From Octopus vulgaris (taxonomy: Eukaryota): DNA of 64,000 nt. The translations under genes and the position numbers were made by a program. Location of the stretch: NCBI GenBank assembly GCA_951406725.2, contig OX597821.1, positions 115,196,001 through 115,260,000 of the forward strand. Direction: 5' to 3'. The notes beneath the pieces are model-generated. The model was not told the origin of the DNA, ran no database searches, and saw only the letters and a program-made list of their open reading frames with translations. Of the stretch, positions 25,426 to 39,996 are shown piece after piece. How positions within the stretch are numbered: the stretch's first letter is position 1; the number at the start of each line of letters is the position of its first letter.

Positions 25426-27298
25426 TCTATTATATGAAAGTCAATGTCTGTGTGTTTGTGGGTTACTTGTAGACTCAAAAACTACAGGACTGATCCTAAT
25501 GAAATCTGGAACACGAAATCCAAGCCTAGGGAGAAGGGTAATGCTGTATGTTTCATACAATTTTGAGGGGGCATAAAGGGGGGAAAACCCCCCTGTGAAA
25601 ATTCATATGCTTCAGATTTTGATGAAATTTGAACCATAGGTATTAGAAATAAATTAAGAAATATGCTCAAAATTTCCATTTCTTTGGATGATTCTAAGAC
25701 TCGCTAATGGGGGCTTAACCCCCAAACTTTAGTCATTTTTCATGGACCAAAATTACTGAATGGATCCTTATGATATTTGGAACTTAGATTCAATGCATAA
25801 GAATGGGTATAATGCAGTATGTTTGGTTTGAGTTTGAGGGGGATTAAAGGGGGCAGAACCGCCCCCCCCCATGGAACTTCATAAATTTCCGATGTTGATG
25901 AAATTTCAACAAATCAAGAAGTAGTCCCAAAGTTTCCGCTTATGAGAATTCTAAGAGCCCCTAATGGGAACCTTAATTCCCAAATTTTAGTCATTTTTAT
26001 GGTCCAAAACAAGGTCAAAAGTACTGAATGGATCTTTATGAAATTTGGAAACTATATTGTATGCATAAAGGCGGATGTAATGCAGTATATGTTTGAAAGT
26101 GAGGGGGGCATAAATGAGGCCATAACTCCCATGAAAATTCAGATATTTTTACTGTTGATGAAATTTTAACTATAGATATTAGACCCAAATGAAGTAATAT
26201 TCCTAAAATTTCAGCTTCTTACGAGGTTAGTAAGACCCCTTAATGGGGGCTTAACCCCCACAATTTAGTAATTTTCCCTAAGCCTAGACAAATACAATTG
26301 TAGTCTTGAAAGCTGTAGAGTCACCCAAGGATACAAGATGAGTGTTATTTGTAATTCAATGGTACAACAGTGTAAGAGTTTGCTTTCAGATATACTTAGA
26401 TTGTGATTTCTGCAATGTGGTTTGTAAATTGTCAAGTAATGAGAGGCATCTTTGCCTCCACTGATTCAGTTGCAAAGTGTTCAGTAAAGTTATTTTGTTG
26501 CAGATCTCCTTTCAGTCTTTTTATTATCACTGGGTCAGAGATAGTCCCCAGATGGTAACATTGATTTCAAGGCCTTTCCAGATAAGTGGTTGGTCATTCA
26601 AAGAGATTTATAGATTGTAAATTTATTCTGTCCAGTTACATATCAGTATAGTGGTCATTTGCATACTCCAGAGGTGACACGTCACACAGTTTGTTAATGT
26701 TTATTTGAGTTGGATCATACCCATCCAATTGCTATAGATCTGTAATGCATCTTACAGCTGTGTCAGTCACCTGTATGGTGAGGAATCCAACATTGGGGAG
26801 TAGTAACGACTAAGATAGGGTAGCTGACTGCTTATTGTGGTCATTCATTTTTTGGTTTCTCTTTTACAAACCCAATGAACATTCATATATTTCCAATTTC
26901 AAAGAAATTTGAACAATGGATATAAGACCCAAGTTAAAAAAGATCCCCAACAATTCAACTTCTCTGGTTGACTTTAAGGCCTCCCTAATAGGGACCTTAA
27001 TTCCCACATCTTAGAGCTCCATGTGCTCCATTTTTCAGGAACAAACACCTTTTAATGGGCTTCCTAAGATTTGGATTTTGGAACCTGGGCATAAAGATGA
27101 GTAGTATGGGATATATATGTCATGATTAGAACTTTTGTTAGGGTGTGTAAAGAGAGAAAGAACCCCCATTAAAAGTCTTAATCTCCAACTTTGATGAAAT
27201 TCGAATCATAGATATTCCAGTTCATTAGAGAAAATATAAAAGAAAAGTCTAATTCTTCAATTCCATGTGACACGGGCGATGCCAGCTATCTCTGCTAG
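25426..27298 (+). mobile_element. Non-autonomous Helitron with internal ~270-bp degenerate tandem repeats
   Basis: Starts A|TCTATTATATGAAAG and ends cacgggcgatgccagctatctctgCTAG. The units ttgatgaaattt and taatgggggcttaacccc recur 3-4 times. Confidence 0.65.
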
Positions 27299-27616
27299 GC
27301 TTTATTTTTGTTTTTAGTATTTGTAAATTGGAAGTGAAGTCTTAGACCTGATCTACGATGCCATTACAATTTGCCATTTCTACATCAGTTACACAGGCCA
27401 AGTTATTCACAAATGACTACCATCTTATTACCTCAATTGTTTTCTTCTTTTTTTGTAATGCAGCTTCCTCCTCCTCTCTTCCCATTCTCCCTCTCCTCCT
27501 TTCTGGTGTTAAAACTCTACATATGCTTCTGAAAAAAGCGTCAGTTGAGTACAGAGCAGTAATTAAAGAAATTAAATAATGACACAGCAGCATGAAATTA
27601 TGTAATGCATTTCACT

Positions 27617-27697
27617 AGCTTACGGCTGTTTCTGCTATGAGATGCAATGCACTCATAGTTGAGTGCTTGTGTACCATCCTATAGCTTCATCAGAGTT
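27617..27697 (-). ncRNA. Type-I hammerhead ribozyme motif with extended, branched stem II
   Basis: Minus strand: aact CTGATGA a gctat...[gcactca/tgagtgc hairpin]...atagc a GAAAC agcc GTA agct. Confidence 0.65.
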
Positions 27698-28480
27698 TTA
27701 AAAGTGAAGTGCAATTATATTTGGGAAAGCATTTATGCTTATGTACATTCACAAAGATTATTACCATAAAATAAAAAAATAATAATAATGTGTAGGAAAT
27801 GAAGTAATGAGTTTGAGGAGCAGAAGACTTGCCTTTGTTTTGGATTCTGTCACTTTCTATCTACTTCCATTTTCATGCAAATTTTTACTTGTTTATTTCT
27901 TTTTACTTCTTTACATAGTTCTTCATATATCTATTATTAGGCACCTGTGCTGGTGGCACATAAAGAGCACCATTCGAGCATGGCCAACGCCAGTGCTGCC
28001 TTACTGGCACCCATGCCAATGGCACGTGAAGAGCACCATTCGAATGTGGCTGATGCCAGTGCTTCCTGACTGGTACTCGTGCCTGTGGCACATAAAAGGC
28101 ACCATTCAAGCGTAGTCGATCCCACTGCCACTTGACTGGCTCCCCTGCCGATGGCATGTAAAAAGCACCCACTACACTCTCGGAGGGGTTGGCATTAGGA
28201 AAGACATCCAGCTGTAGAAACCTTGCCAGATCAGAATGGTGCCTGGTGCAGCCTCCTGGCTTGCCAGTTCTGATGTCAAACCATCCAACCCATGCCATCA
28301 TAGAAAGCAGACGTTAAACGATGATGATGATATACATACATAAAATTTCATCTAAATGTATGTTTTCTGGGGCTTCTCTTCTTCAAACTCTCTACTTCAT
28401 TTCCTATATATATTTATGCTTTCTGTGTATGTATATAAATATAAATACTTGGCCAAATATCATTGCACTTCATTTTTAAA

Positions 28481-28559
28481 GCTCTGATAAAGCTATGCTG
28501 TGATCCACAAGCACTCAACTATGAGTGCATTGCATCGCATAGCAGAAACAGCTGTAAGC
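28481..28559 (+). ncRNA. Inverted partner hammerhead motif (core G8>A)
   Basis: gct CTGATAA a gctatgc...gcatagc a GAAAC agct GTA agc, with palindromic stem III ACAGCTGT. Confidence 0.6.
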
Positions 28560-28790
28560 CAATGATCTTTACTGGCATAATTTCTTATTCCCTTGTGATT
28601 TATTCAATTTCTTATTACTGCTCTGTACCAGACTGACTCTTTTTTTTCTGAAACGTGTACATTAAGCTCTAACACCAGGTTACCATTATCACTATGCCTA
28701 AGTGAAGTAACAAATATATATATATTCGACATGATACATCATTAGCCACTAAACCTTTTTTATTTTCTCTCCCTGTTTATTTTTGTGTTC

Positions 28791-28826
28791 CTTTCTGTCG
28801 AAGAGCATAGGCTCGGAATGTAAAAG
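28791..28826 (+). ncRNA. Degenerate minimal hammerhead motif in a ~190-bp element between microsatellites
   Basis: cttt CTGTCGA a gagc-atag-gctc GGAAT GTA aaag: stems I and II pair, but the core carries substitutions. Confidence 0.45.
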
Positions 28827-28913
28827 ACTTCTTCACTTCCCAAGCGTTAAACTAATACATCTGTTTGTTGTTTACACACCCGTCTTTGTCTTTTGTTTTT
28901 TTGTAAATTCTCA

Positions 28914-28948
<35 letters not shown>

Positions 28949-29621
28949 ATTGAAGGTACTTGGGTTAGTGGTTAGAGAGTCAGGCTTACAGTCATAAGGA
29001 TATGAGTTCAATTTCCAGACCAGTCTGTGTTGTGTTCTTGAGCAAGACACTTTATTTCACATTGCTCCAGTTCACTCAGCTGTAGAAATGAGTTGTGATG
29101 TCACTGGTGCCAAGCTGTATCGGCCCCTTTGCCTTTCCCTTGGATAACATCCGTGGCATGGAGGAGAACTTTCTAGATACAATCCTTTGGTCATTCATGA
29201 TCGAAGGGGGGGGGGGCTCTTTACTCCTGATATATAATGTAATCATCATAATTTAATATCAACATTTCTATGCTTGCCTAGGTTGGCTGGAGTTCATCGA
29301 AGTAGATTTTCTAAGGCTAGATGTCCTTCCTGTCCCCAGCCCTCACCTTTTTCCATATAAGGTAATATTTCCCCTCGGCCAGACATGTTTTTGCAGAATA
29401 TTGAATTTGGAGGTTGCTTGTATGATGAAGACTTTCATTTTACAACCATCATAAGCACCTACGATGGGCATTGGTCAGTCCAAGGTGCCATGCAGCGGGA
29501 CTGAACCTAAGACCACATGGTTGGGAAGTAAGCTTCTTACCCACATATCCATGCCTTCATGTTTGCACATTTATATATATATGTGTGTGTGTGTGTGTAT
29601 GTAAAGCTTCTTGTTACTTTA

Positions 29622-29675
<54 letters not shown>

Positions 29676-29687
29676 TACATACATATA

Positions 29688-29904
29688 TGAGGGGGTGCTG
29701 AAAAGTTCCTGGCTTTAAGGGTGTCATGAAAGGCTTGGTTAAAGGCCCAACATTCCGAGTTCTTTTACAGGGATTAGAATAAGTGAAGGGCCACTGCATT
29801 TAGTGTGTGAATCTGAGAGGGAAATATGTTGAATAAAATTATAATTAACTGATCCTCCTATATTTTCTCTCACCCAAAGCCAGGACCTTTTCAGTAACCC
29901 CTCA
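29688..29904. mobile_element. Mariner-type MITE
   Basis: TIRs tgagggggtgctgaaaagttcctggcttt and aaagccaggaccttttcagtaaccctca, with TA-rich flanks. Confidence 0.8.
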
Positions 29905-29914
29905 TGTATTTATG

Positions 29915-29960
<46 letters not shown>

Positions 29961-31058
29961 CATGCATGTATGCATGTGTGTGTGTATGTATGTGTGTGTG
30001 TATGTATGTGTGTATGTGTGTATATATGTGTGTGTGTATGTATGTATGTATGTATGTATGGCTTCTTGTCACTTTGAGTGCCTCTAGGTGAAACTCAGAG
30101 TAGCAAAAGCCTGACTTGGCCAAAATAAAATGTCATTGATCTCTACCACGGTATTGAGTATTCCTTTATTCCAACAGTTGATACTAAACACATACAAACC
30201 CACACATGCACACATCTTCTCTGTATATGGTAATTCATACTTCTCTGGTGAAAGACATTTTAGTCAATCAAGTACACGACTGATCATGGAATTGGATTTA
30301 GATCTTAGAATCTGAATCATTATATTTTGACTCTGCTTGCTTCTCTTTGGTATAAATGACACTATTCATAAATCTGAATTCATAAGAAGAAGACATTCAA
30401 CCATTTTCTTCTCATATCAATGATCTTCTGTTGCCATAGTTTGCGACGATGCTGTGAAGAGATTTAGCAGAAAGAACAGTTTTTGTATAAAGTTTTAATA
30501 CACCACAATTACCAAATGCTGTCTCCATTGAAAGAGGTTAGCATGATAATAGCTTTTATGTTGTATAAGTAATAGGAAATTGCTGCGTTCTGCGTGAGCT
30601 TTGGGAAATTCTTTGACAAAGAGACGACATGCCAGGAATTACAAGCAAGCAATGAGATATATGGAACTCATCATGTGAGAATTTCTAAAGAGGAAACTAA
30701 TCAGATGAAATATTTTTTAAGAAAATTATTACATAATTATCTTGCTCATCTCTTTTGTTAGCATATCTCTGTCTACTCCATGTCTTCTCTGTACAGTGTA
30801 TACATGTGTATACATGCGCCTAATAATGTATGGTACAGTATGTAGTATAGAAAGGCTTGTGGCTTAATAGTTAGGATGTTCAGCTCACAATCTCAAGGTT
30901 GTGAGTTCGATTCCAGGTAGCATATTGTGTCCTTGAGCAAGACACTTTATTTGATGTTGCTCTGGTCCACTCAGCTGGCGAAAATGAATAGTACCTGTAA
31001 TTCACAGGGTCAGGCATGCCACATTCTGTGTCATGTTGAATCTCCTTAAGAACCACCT

Positions 31059-31347
31059 GAAGGGTACCCGTGTCTGTGGTTAACTATGTCATACTGAATC
31101 TCCTTAAGAACTACCTGAAGGGTACCCGTGTCTGTGGTTGACTATGAAGGGTACCAGTGTCTGTGGTTGACTATGAAGGGTACCCGTGTCTGTGGTTGAC
31201 TATGAAGGGTACCAGTGTCTGTGGTTGACTATGAAGGGTACCAGTGTCTGTGGTTGACTATGAAGGGTACCACTGTCTGTGGTTGACTATGTCATACTGA
31301 ATCTCCTTAAGAACTACCTGAAGGGTACCCATGTCTGTGGTTGACTA
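31059..31347. repeat. 29-bp minisatellite (8 copies) expanded inside a SINE
   Basis: Unit tgaagggtacc(c/a)gtgtctgtggttgacta, with two ~28-bp spacers tgtcatactgaatctccttaagaactac. Confidence 0.9.
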
Positions 31348-31623
31348 CTTTCACGTTAATCTTATGAGAGCTGGCTGTTCCATTGATCGGATTAACTAAA
31401 ACCCTCATTGTTATAAGCGACAGAGTGCCAGTTTGTTCATGTATAAACCAGTGAAAATATATCTCCCAAGTAATTTGGGTGATGATCCAATGTAGAGTTC
31501 AGAGTTGGAGTTCCGAGGTTAAAATACTTCCTCTTTCCATCAAAGTGTTAAGCTCTGTAACGGAATCTGTTAAACCATACCCTTCTTGCTCTTGTTTTTG
31601 TTGTTCAATACATTTATCACACA

Positions 31624-31704
<81 letters not shown>

Positions 31705-31935
31705 TCATTTTATAAATTGCATTAAAAATTTCTGGCGTGAATAATGGCAGGTTCCGAGCCATTATTTTAAGCTCCTGCTGAACTCTGGATCAACCATTGT
31801 GTTTATGAAATGTCGGAGGTTGGAACTGGTCGCCCATTTCTGCCAACTAAAAGAATTAAATGGTGCAACAAAGAATAAAAGAGAAACTAAAGCAATGTTC
31901 TGGGATTATTTTCCATATATAATAGAGCCAGGTTG

Positions 31936-31973
<38 letters not shown>

Positions 31974-32500
31974 ATATTTATGAATATCTGCATGTATGAG
32001 TTGGTATGAATATGTGTTTATATATATATATATGTGTATGTACAGATGTGCACATACATATACATGGATATGTGTGTATGTGTATACACATATATGCTTA
32101 CACATATGTGTATGCATATATGTGACTGTGTCTCTATGAATAGGCAACCAAATGTATATATGGGAAAATTTATCAGTAGACGGAGCATGAATAGGTGAAT
32201 GTGTGTGTGTATGTGTGTGGACAGAGAAAGAGAAAGTAAGAAAAAGGGACAGATAAACGGCTAAGGAAATAACTTAGTGGATATATGTATCCTTGTAGAT
32301 GTGTGTGTGTGTTTGTGTATGGGGGTCTCTAGAGATATATATATCATCATCATCATCATCATTTAACATCCGCCTTCCATTATATATATATATATATATA
32401 AGTTCAGCAAAATTTAGATTCAGTTGAATATGGTACTTAAGTTAAAGGCACCAGAATTTTGTATGGTATTATCCATATAAATCAAATGGGGTGATTATAA

Positions 32501-32595
32501 TCAAAATAAGCAACAAGTATATCCAGGGTAGGGTAGTACAATTGCATGAAACAATTGTACTACTCTACCTTGGATATCCTTGTTGCTTATTTTGA
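32501..32595. repeat. Hairpin, 44-bp arms and 7-nt loop, in an element between (TA)n tracts
   Basis: tcaaaataagcaacaagtatatccagggtagggtagtacaattg-catgaaa-caattgtactactctaccttggatatccttgttgcttattttga. Confidence 0.9.
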
Positions 32596-33280
32596 GAATA
32601 TATATATTTATATATATACATATATATATATAGGTTTGTGTGTGTGTACATGGGTATATGAATAGACAGATGAGGGGACGTATAGGTAAATAATTGACAG
32701 AAATATGTGTGTGTGTGTATATATGAATGGGTTGTTATAATGATAACTTGGTGGAAAGAGAAAGGCAGATAGGAAACATTGATCGGGAATGAAAAGAAAC
32801 AAATTAAAATAATTAGATACCAACAGATATTTGAATCAGTAGATTATAATGGCACATACATACACACATCTACATACACACACTAGTACAGAAAGAGAGA
32901 CGGAGAGAGAGAGAGGGGGGGGGTAAAGCTATTGAGATGATATCGTCTGCATTATAGGAAATGAACCGTAGTCTCATGCTCTTCCTTCCATTATTGACTC
33001 TTGCGATTATGTACGAGTTGGTGTGTGTATATGTGTGTATATGTGTGTATGGGTGTGTGTGTGTGTGGGGGGTTTATGTAAGTATGCATGTGTTTATATG
33101 TAGGTATGTATGTGTGTGTCTATACATTTATATACACATGTATTCTTTTGTTCTTCTACTTGTTTCAGTCATTGGACTGTGGCCATGTTGGGGTCACACA
33201 CACATGCACACACACACACACACACACACATGCACACATACTTTTGTTCTACTTTTATTCATATATATATACACACACAC

Positions 33281-33321
<41 letters not shown>

Positions 33322-33586
33322 TATATATATATATACACACACACATATATATATACACTTATATATATATATATACTTATATATAGAGATATATACATAT
33401 ACACACTTATATACATACATACATACATATATATATATATTTTATATTCAATTTCTATTGTTGCATGTTATTTTGTCATAAATATCAGAAACCAGTTTTG
33501 TGATAGCAACATTCCATAAACTCTGAGTAGTAGCAGAGAGTAACAGTCATCATCATCATCATTTGATGTCTGTTTTCCTTGCTGGC

Positions 33587-34148
33587 ATGGGTTGAAGAAT
33601 TTGAGAAGGAGCTGGCAACAATGCCTCAACCACAGGTATTCATCTAATCCATGCCAACATAGAAAAATAGATGTAAAACAAAAAGATATTTTATATAGTG
33701 TTGTCTTTACTGAAGTGAATGTGCTTGGCTTAATGTATAGGATATTTGACTTGTGAATCATAAGACTGTGAATTCGATTCCCAGTGGTGCATTCATGCAA
33801 GACACTTTATTTCACATTGCTCCAGTCCCCTCGACTGGCAAAAGTTAATCGTCCATGAATTTCAAAGGGGTCAGCCTTGTTACATTCTGTGTCACGCTGA
33901 ATCTCCTTCAGAGCTACATTAAGGGTATGTATATCAGTGGTGTACTCAGCCACTTGCATTTTAATTTCACAAGCTGGCTGTTCCATGGATCAAATCCCAC
34001 TAGAACATTCATTGTTGTAACCAATGGGTTGAAGAATTTGAGAAGGAGCTGGCAACAATGCCTCAACCACAGGTATTCATCTAATCCATGCCAGCATAGA
34101 AAAATAGATGTAAAACAAAAGATATTTTATATAGTGTTGTCTTTACTG
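33587..34148. repeat. ~125-bp direct duplication (33587-33712 and 34024-34148) flanking a SINE
   Basis: The two copies differ only by one substitution and one A indel that I could see. Confidence 0.9.
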
Positions 34149-34633
34149 CTAGTTTTTTCTTGTTTCATTTTTACTGAAAAAGTTTAAAATTTGTTGGTGC
34201 TTCCCCCCTTTCCTTTCTCTTGTGGTTTTCATGTCACTCTAATCAAGTTCATATTTGGAATTTGTCTTGTTTTGGTCCTACAGGTTATCCAGTGTACCAC
34301 TAATCAAATCCATCTTTCTGCTCATGCGTTTTCCACAACAGCCATGCTGGAATATGTTATTGACCACAAGATCTAAAGATATCTCTGTTTATCTTGTATT
34401 TTAACCGAGTAGATTTGATTACCTGCAGCTGTTGAAGATTACTTATTTATCGTTGTTGTTGCTGTTGTTGTTGTTAGAGAATTAATATTTCCACTTCTTA
34501 ATGCTGTCCAATTATGAGCTACTTTCAATCACATTTTCTAATTTCCTGGCTTCGTTTTAATTATGTCAGTTCTATCTCACATATAATTTCCAGTTTGATT
34601 AAAGAAAATTATCCATTGCTTTCTCTTTTAATT

Positions 34634-34691
<58 letters not shown>

Positions 34692-35182
34692 TGCATGACA
34701 GGATTAATATTAGAAGACAGTCTGTAGGAATGGTGTATTATAAAAAATAGAGATTTGTGTATTAGGTTGGAAAAATGGATGGAAGTAGTCTGTTTTTTTT
34801 ATGTCATTTTGATAACATTAGCGTTGCGTTCTGTTTAAGCCATAATCCGTGTGTGTTTGTATGTATGTATGTATGTATGTATGTATGTATTCATGTGTGT
34901 TTGTTCCTTCCTCGGTGAATTGCTGTTGGCAAGCTCTCACATTCAATTGCAATCAAAGAGCTCCTCTGATTCTTCAGGTTGATTACGATTGCTCAAAGTT
35001 CTTTCCTTTTTATTTCTGAAATCTGCTTCCATTTTTAATATATGGAACTGGAAATCTTACATTTACATATGGCTACTAACTCACACATGTACACACACAC
35101 ATACACAAACATATATTTATATGTGTGTGTATATGTGTATATATATGTGCACACACACACATACACTTACATATATACATAA

Positions 35183-35243
<61 letters not shown>

Positions 35244-35591
35244 TCATAACGTCCAGTTTTCCATGCTTACACACACACACACACACAGTTATGTAAAAGT
35301 GTGTGTTGGAAAATGAGTTAATGTTCTCTTACATTTATAATATTTTCTATTTTTTTTATGTTTTGATTTTTTTTTTCCATCTCAATTTCTTTTGCTATCA
35401 TTTTTCATTTTATTCTTTTAGTAAAAATTGCTGACAAAAGATGAAATTTCATTTAGCCTTGCATTCAGTAAAACAAATAGACAAACAAACCAAAGATGCT
35501 GCCTGAGATTATTTCATTTGTAGTATCCAGTCATAACCTAAGCTAAATGATTTTCAATTAAATTTCATCAGATATATATATGTAGACCAAT

Positions 35592-35634
35592 TGCTGTGCT
35601 GATGATGCATATTGAGGCAGAAACATGTCCAGCA
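35592..35634 (+). ncRNA. Minimal type-I hammerhead ribozyme, intact core
   Basis: tgctg(tg) CTGATGA tgc-atattgag-gca GAAAC AT GTC cagca; palindromic stem III ACATGT; predicted cleavage after C35629. Confidence 0.7.
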
Positions 35635-35888
35635 CTGTTCTCTTGTATTCAGACAATCAGAATGTCTTTTCTCTAATGACATTTCAATTTTGAAGAATTT
35701 ATAATTTGGAGTCGGTACTAAATGCTGATGAGTGATTGGTCTCTGGAAGTGGAGATAATTTCAATGCATCAAAAATTTATTTTGTATGTTACTGTTCATC
35801 TTTGTTGTTTAAATAAACACCACTAACTGCTCTGAGTTGTTTCTCTTAGCTCATCTCCATTTCATTTACAATTATACACACACACACA

Positions 35889-35975
<87 letters not shown>

Positions 35976-38141
35976 GTGTGTGTGTGTGTGTGCATTTTTG
36001 CATGTACAATCATCATATTGCTTTTATGTTTGATTCTAGCTAGGGGTGGAGAAAAATCTCTCTCTCTCTCTTCAGTGATGCAGAGGCCACATCTTTTGCT
36101 TCCATTTACACCAGAGGACTATTGAAAGATGTAAATGGAAGCAACAATATGTATTAGGCTCCTCCTTTTTACACACACACATTATGAATGTGTATGTATT
36201 CATTATTTTTATTTCTCACAATCCCTGCACGTTTTTGGAACAGGATGGAAAATTATATATTCTGGATTCCACTGTATAAAATGACTTCACTTACAGGAAA
36301 TTATATAAGAACTATGAAAAGATCATCTCCAACCCTTTACATCCATTAACAGACAGGTCGATGCCTTAGTTAATAAGGTTGAGGTTAAAACTAAGTCATA
36401 CAGTTCTAGGAGCTTCCATTTCCTCCATAAGGACCATAAGCCTGATTTCTTTGTAAAACCCTCCATTAGATTAATTAACCCTGCCAGGTCTCATATAAGC
36501 AATATTAGTAAGAGGATATTGGACAGGATCACAACCTTTATTTTTATCACTTCCTACCTCTACCTTGACCACCTTCATCCTTTCTTCTCTCATCTGAGTT
36601 GTTGTCATCTTTACAATAAGGGACCTGTTCTGGCTTCTTTTTCTTTAATCCCTAATCTCTTTATATAAATTTATCCCCCTGGAGGGTCACAGTCTTGTAA
36701 ACTGCATGGTAACTTCACTGGCGCTGATGGCACGAAAAACAAAAAAAAGCACCCAGTACACTCTGTAAAATGTGGCTGGTATTAGGAAGGGTGTTCAGCC
36801 ACAGAAACTAAACCAAAGTAGACAGTGGTGCACGATGCAGTTCTTGGACCCATCCGATCCTTGTCAAACTGTTCATGCCAACATGAAACATGGACATGAT
36901 GATGATATATATGCTTTTATGTATGCCTGTGTGTATGCATACACTCACATTTACATACATTCACAGTACACATTTACAATTACACACACACACACACGCA
37001 TGCTGGATGTAAAATTCATATATAAAATTTTGTTTGTCTTTTCTTTTTTTTTTTTTTCCTCCCATTTCAAAATATAGAAAAATCATTTCTGACTAATTTT
37101 ACAATTAATGCATTTCAGGAAATGACTTCAAATTTCATTTAAATAAGAATTTTTTTTCTTCTTTTAGCTACAGGAAGAATTCACTAAAGTGTGCCATTAC
37201 TTAGCTGTTGTTGTTGTTGTTGTTGTTTGTTGCCATAAAAATTTTAATGTATGTTGGATGTCTGCTGCTATTTTTCTGATATTTTCATGAATATTTTACT
37301 GTTTGTTAATTTTTGATGCGAGATTAATTATTGTCAGATCTTTGAACAAAAGTTAATCAATTAAATTGACTGAATGTGTTGTCTTCTGTGCTTCTCCTTT
37401 TGTTATATTTACCATGTAATATTTACCTATGTTTCTGCAAATTATTCAAATGCAAGTTTTTACTTCTCAAAGAATAAAAAGATGGGAAGATGGAAAGATA
37501 ATTGTCACATTTTAACATCCTGTTCAATATTTCCCAAGTCAGATGCTCAGTCGTGTAATGACTGGGTGGAAGATACCTAAAAATGAGTTTGTTTATTCAA
37601 ATGTTTATAGTGTATGTACTTGTGGTCACATTATTATGAAAACCAGAATTATTGCAGGAGAGACTTAGTTGTCTGTTAGAAAACTATCCTGAAAATAGTG
37701 TTTGCCTCCCTTAAATCTTTGTCTTAATAAAAGTATAAACTGCAACAAGTTCTTAGTTATATAAGTCAATGAGGGAGCCTCTTATCAGTCTTTCAACTGG
37801 CTAGAAATAATAGCCAGCTTTCCCTCAAGTTAAACCCTTAAAAGATTTGGGTAGTAAGGGTGGAATGTTTTTGGTTATGACTTTGTTGAATCAGGATTGA
37901 CTTGAGACTAAACAACAACTGTCTGTATGAACTGTGGGACCGTGAATGCTGTATGAGTTTGTTTAATTAGCTTTAACTAATCTTAACATACTCAATGGTA
38001 ATGGCTGTAGCAATCACAAAATATGCATACATAAGTATATATAAATATATATATCTCACAATCAAAATGTGACCGCGTGTGTACCATTGGCGATTTTTTT
38101 TTTCCTCTGTCTTCTCTTCTCTGGATCTTTCCTTCTCCTAT

Positions 38142-38176
38142 GTTTCCGACGAAGAGCTCCGCTCAAAACGTTAAAC
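38142..38176 (+). ncRNA. Degenerate minimal hammerhead motif in a ~210-bp element within (TA)n
   Basis: gttt CCGACGA a gagc-tcc-gctc AAAAC GTT aaac; stem III AACGTT; two core substitutions. Confidence 0.5.
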
Positions 38177-38264
38177 CCTCCTTCTTTCCTGAGCGTCCAA
38201 TAATACTATATTTGTTCCACGTCCTCGCTTTGTTGTGTTTTTTTGTGCTTTCTTGTTTGGATTA

Positions 38265-39990
<1,726 letters not shown>

Positions 39991-39996
39991 TATATA

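Noticed and set aside
31059-31347. Regular ~29-bp repeats with occasional spacers resembling a CRISPR array
   Set aside because: The units are head-to-tail, the two spacers are identical SINE sequence, the context is eukaryotic and there are no cas genes.
32961-33519. Long ORFs rich in YI/HT/CV (also 38235-38475, 44860-45175, 51761-52078 and others)
   Set aside because: These are translations of di- and trinucleotide microsatellites.
34930-34985. Minus-strand CTGAAGA followed by a good hairpin (atcagag/ctttgat)
   Set aside because: It is followed by GCAA rather than GAAA and has no convincing NUH or stem I; at most a heavily decayed hammerhead.
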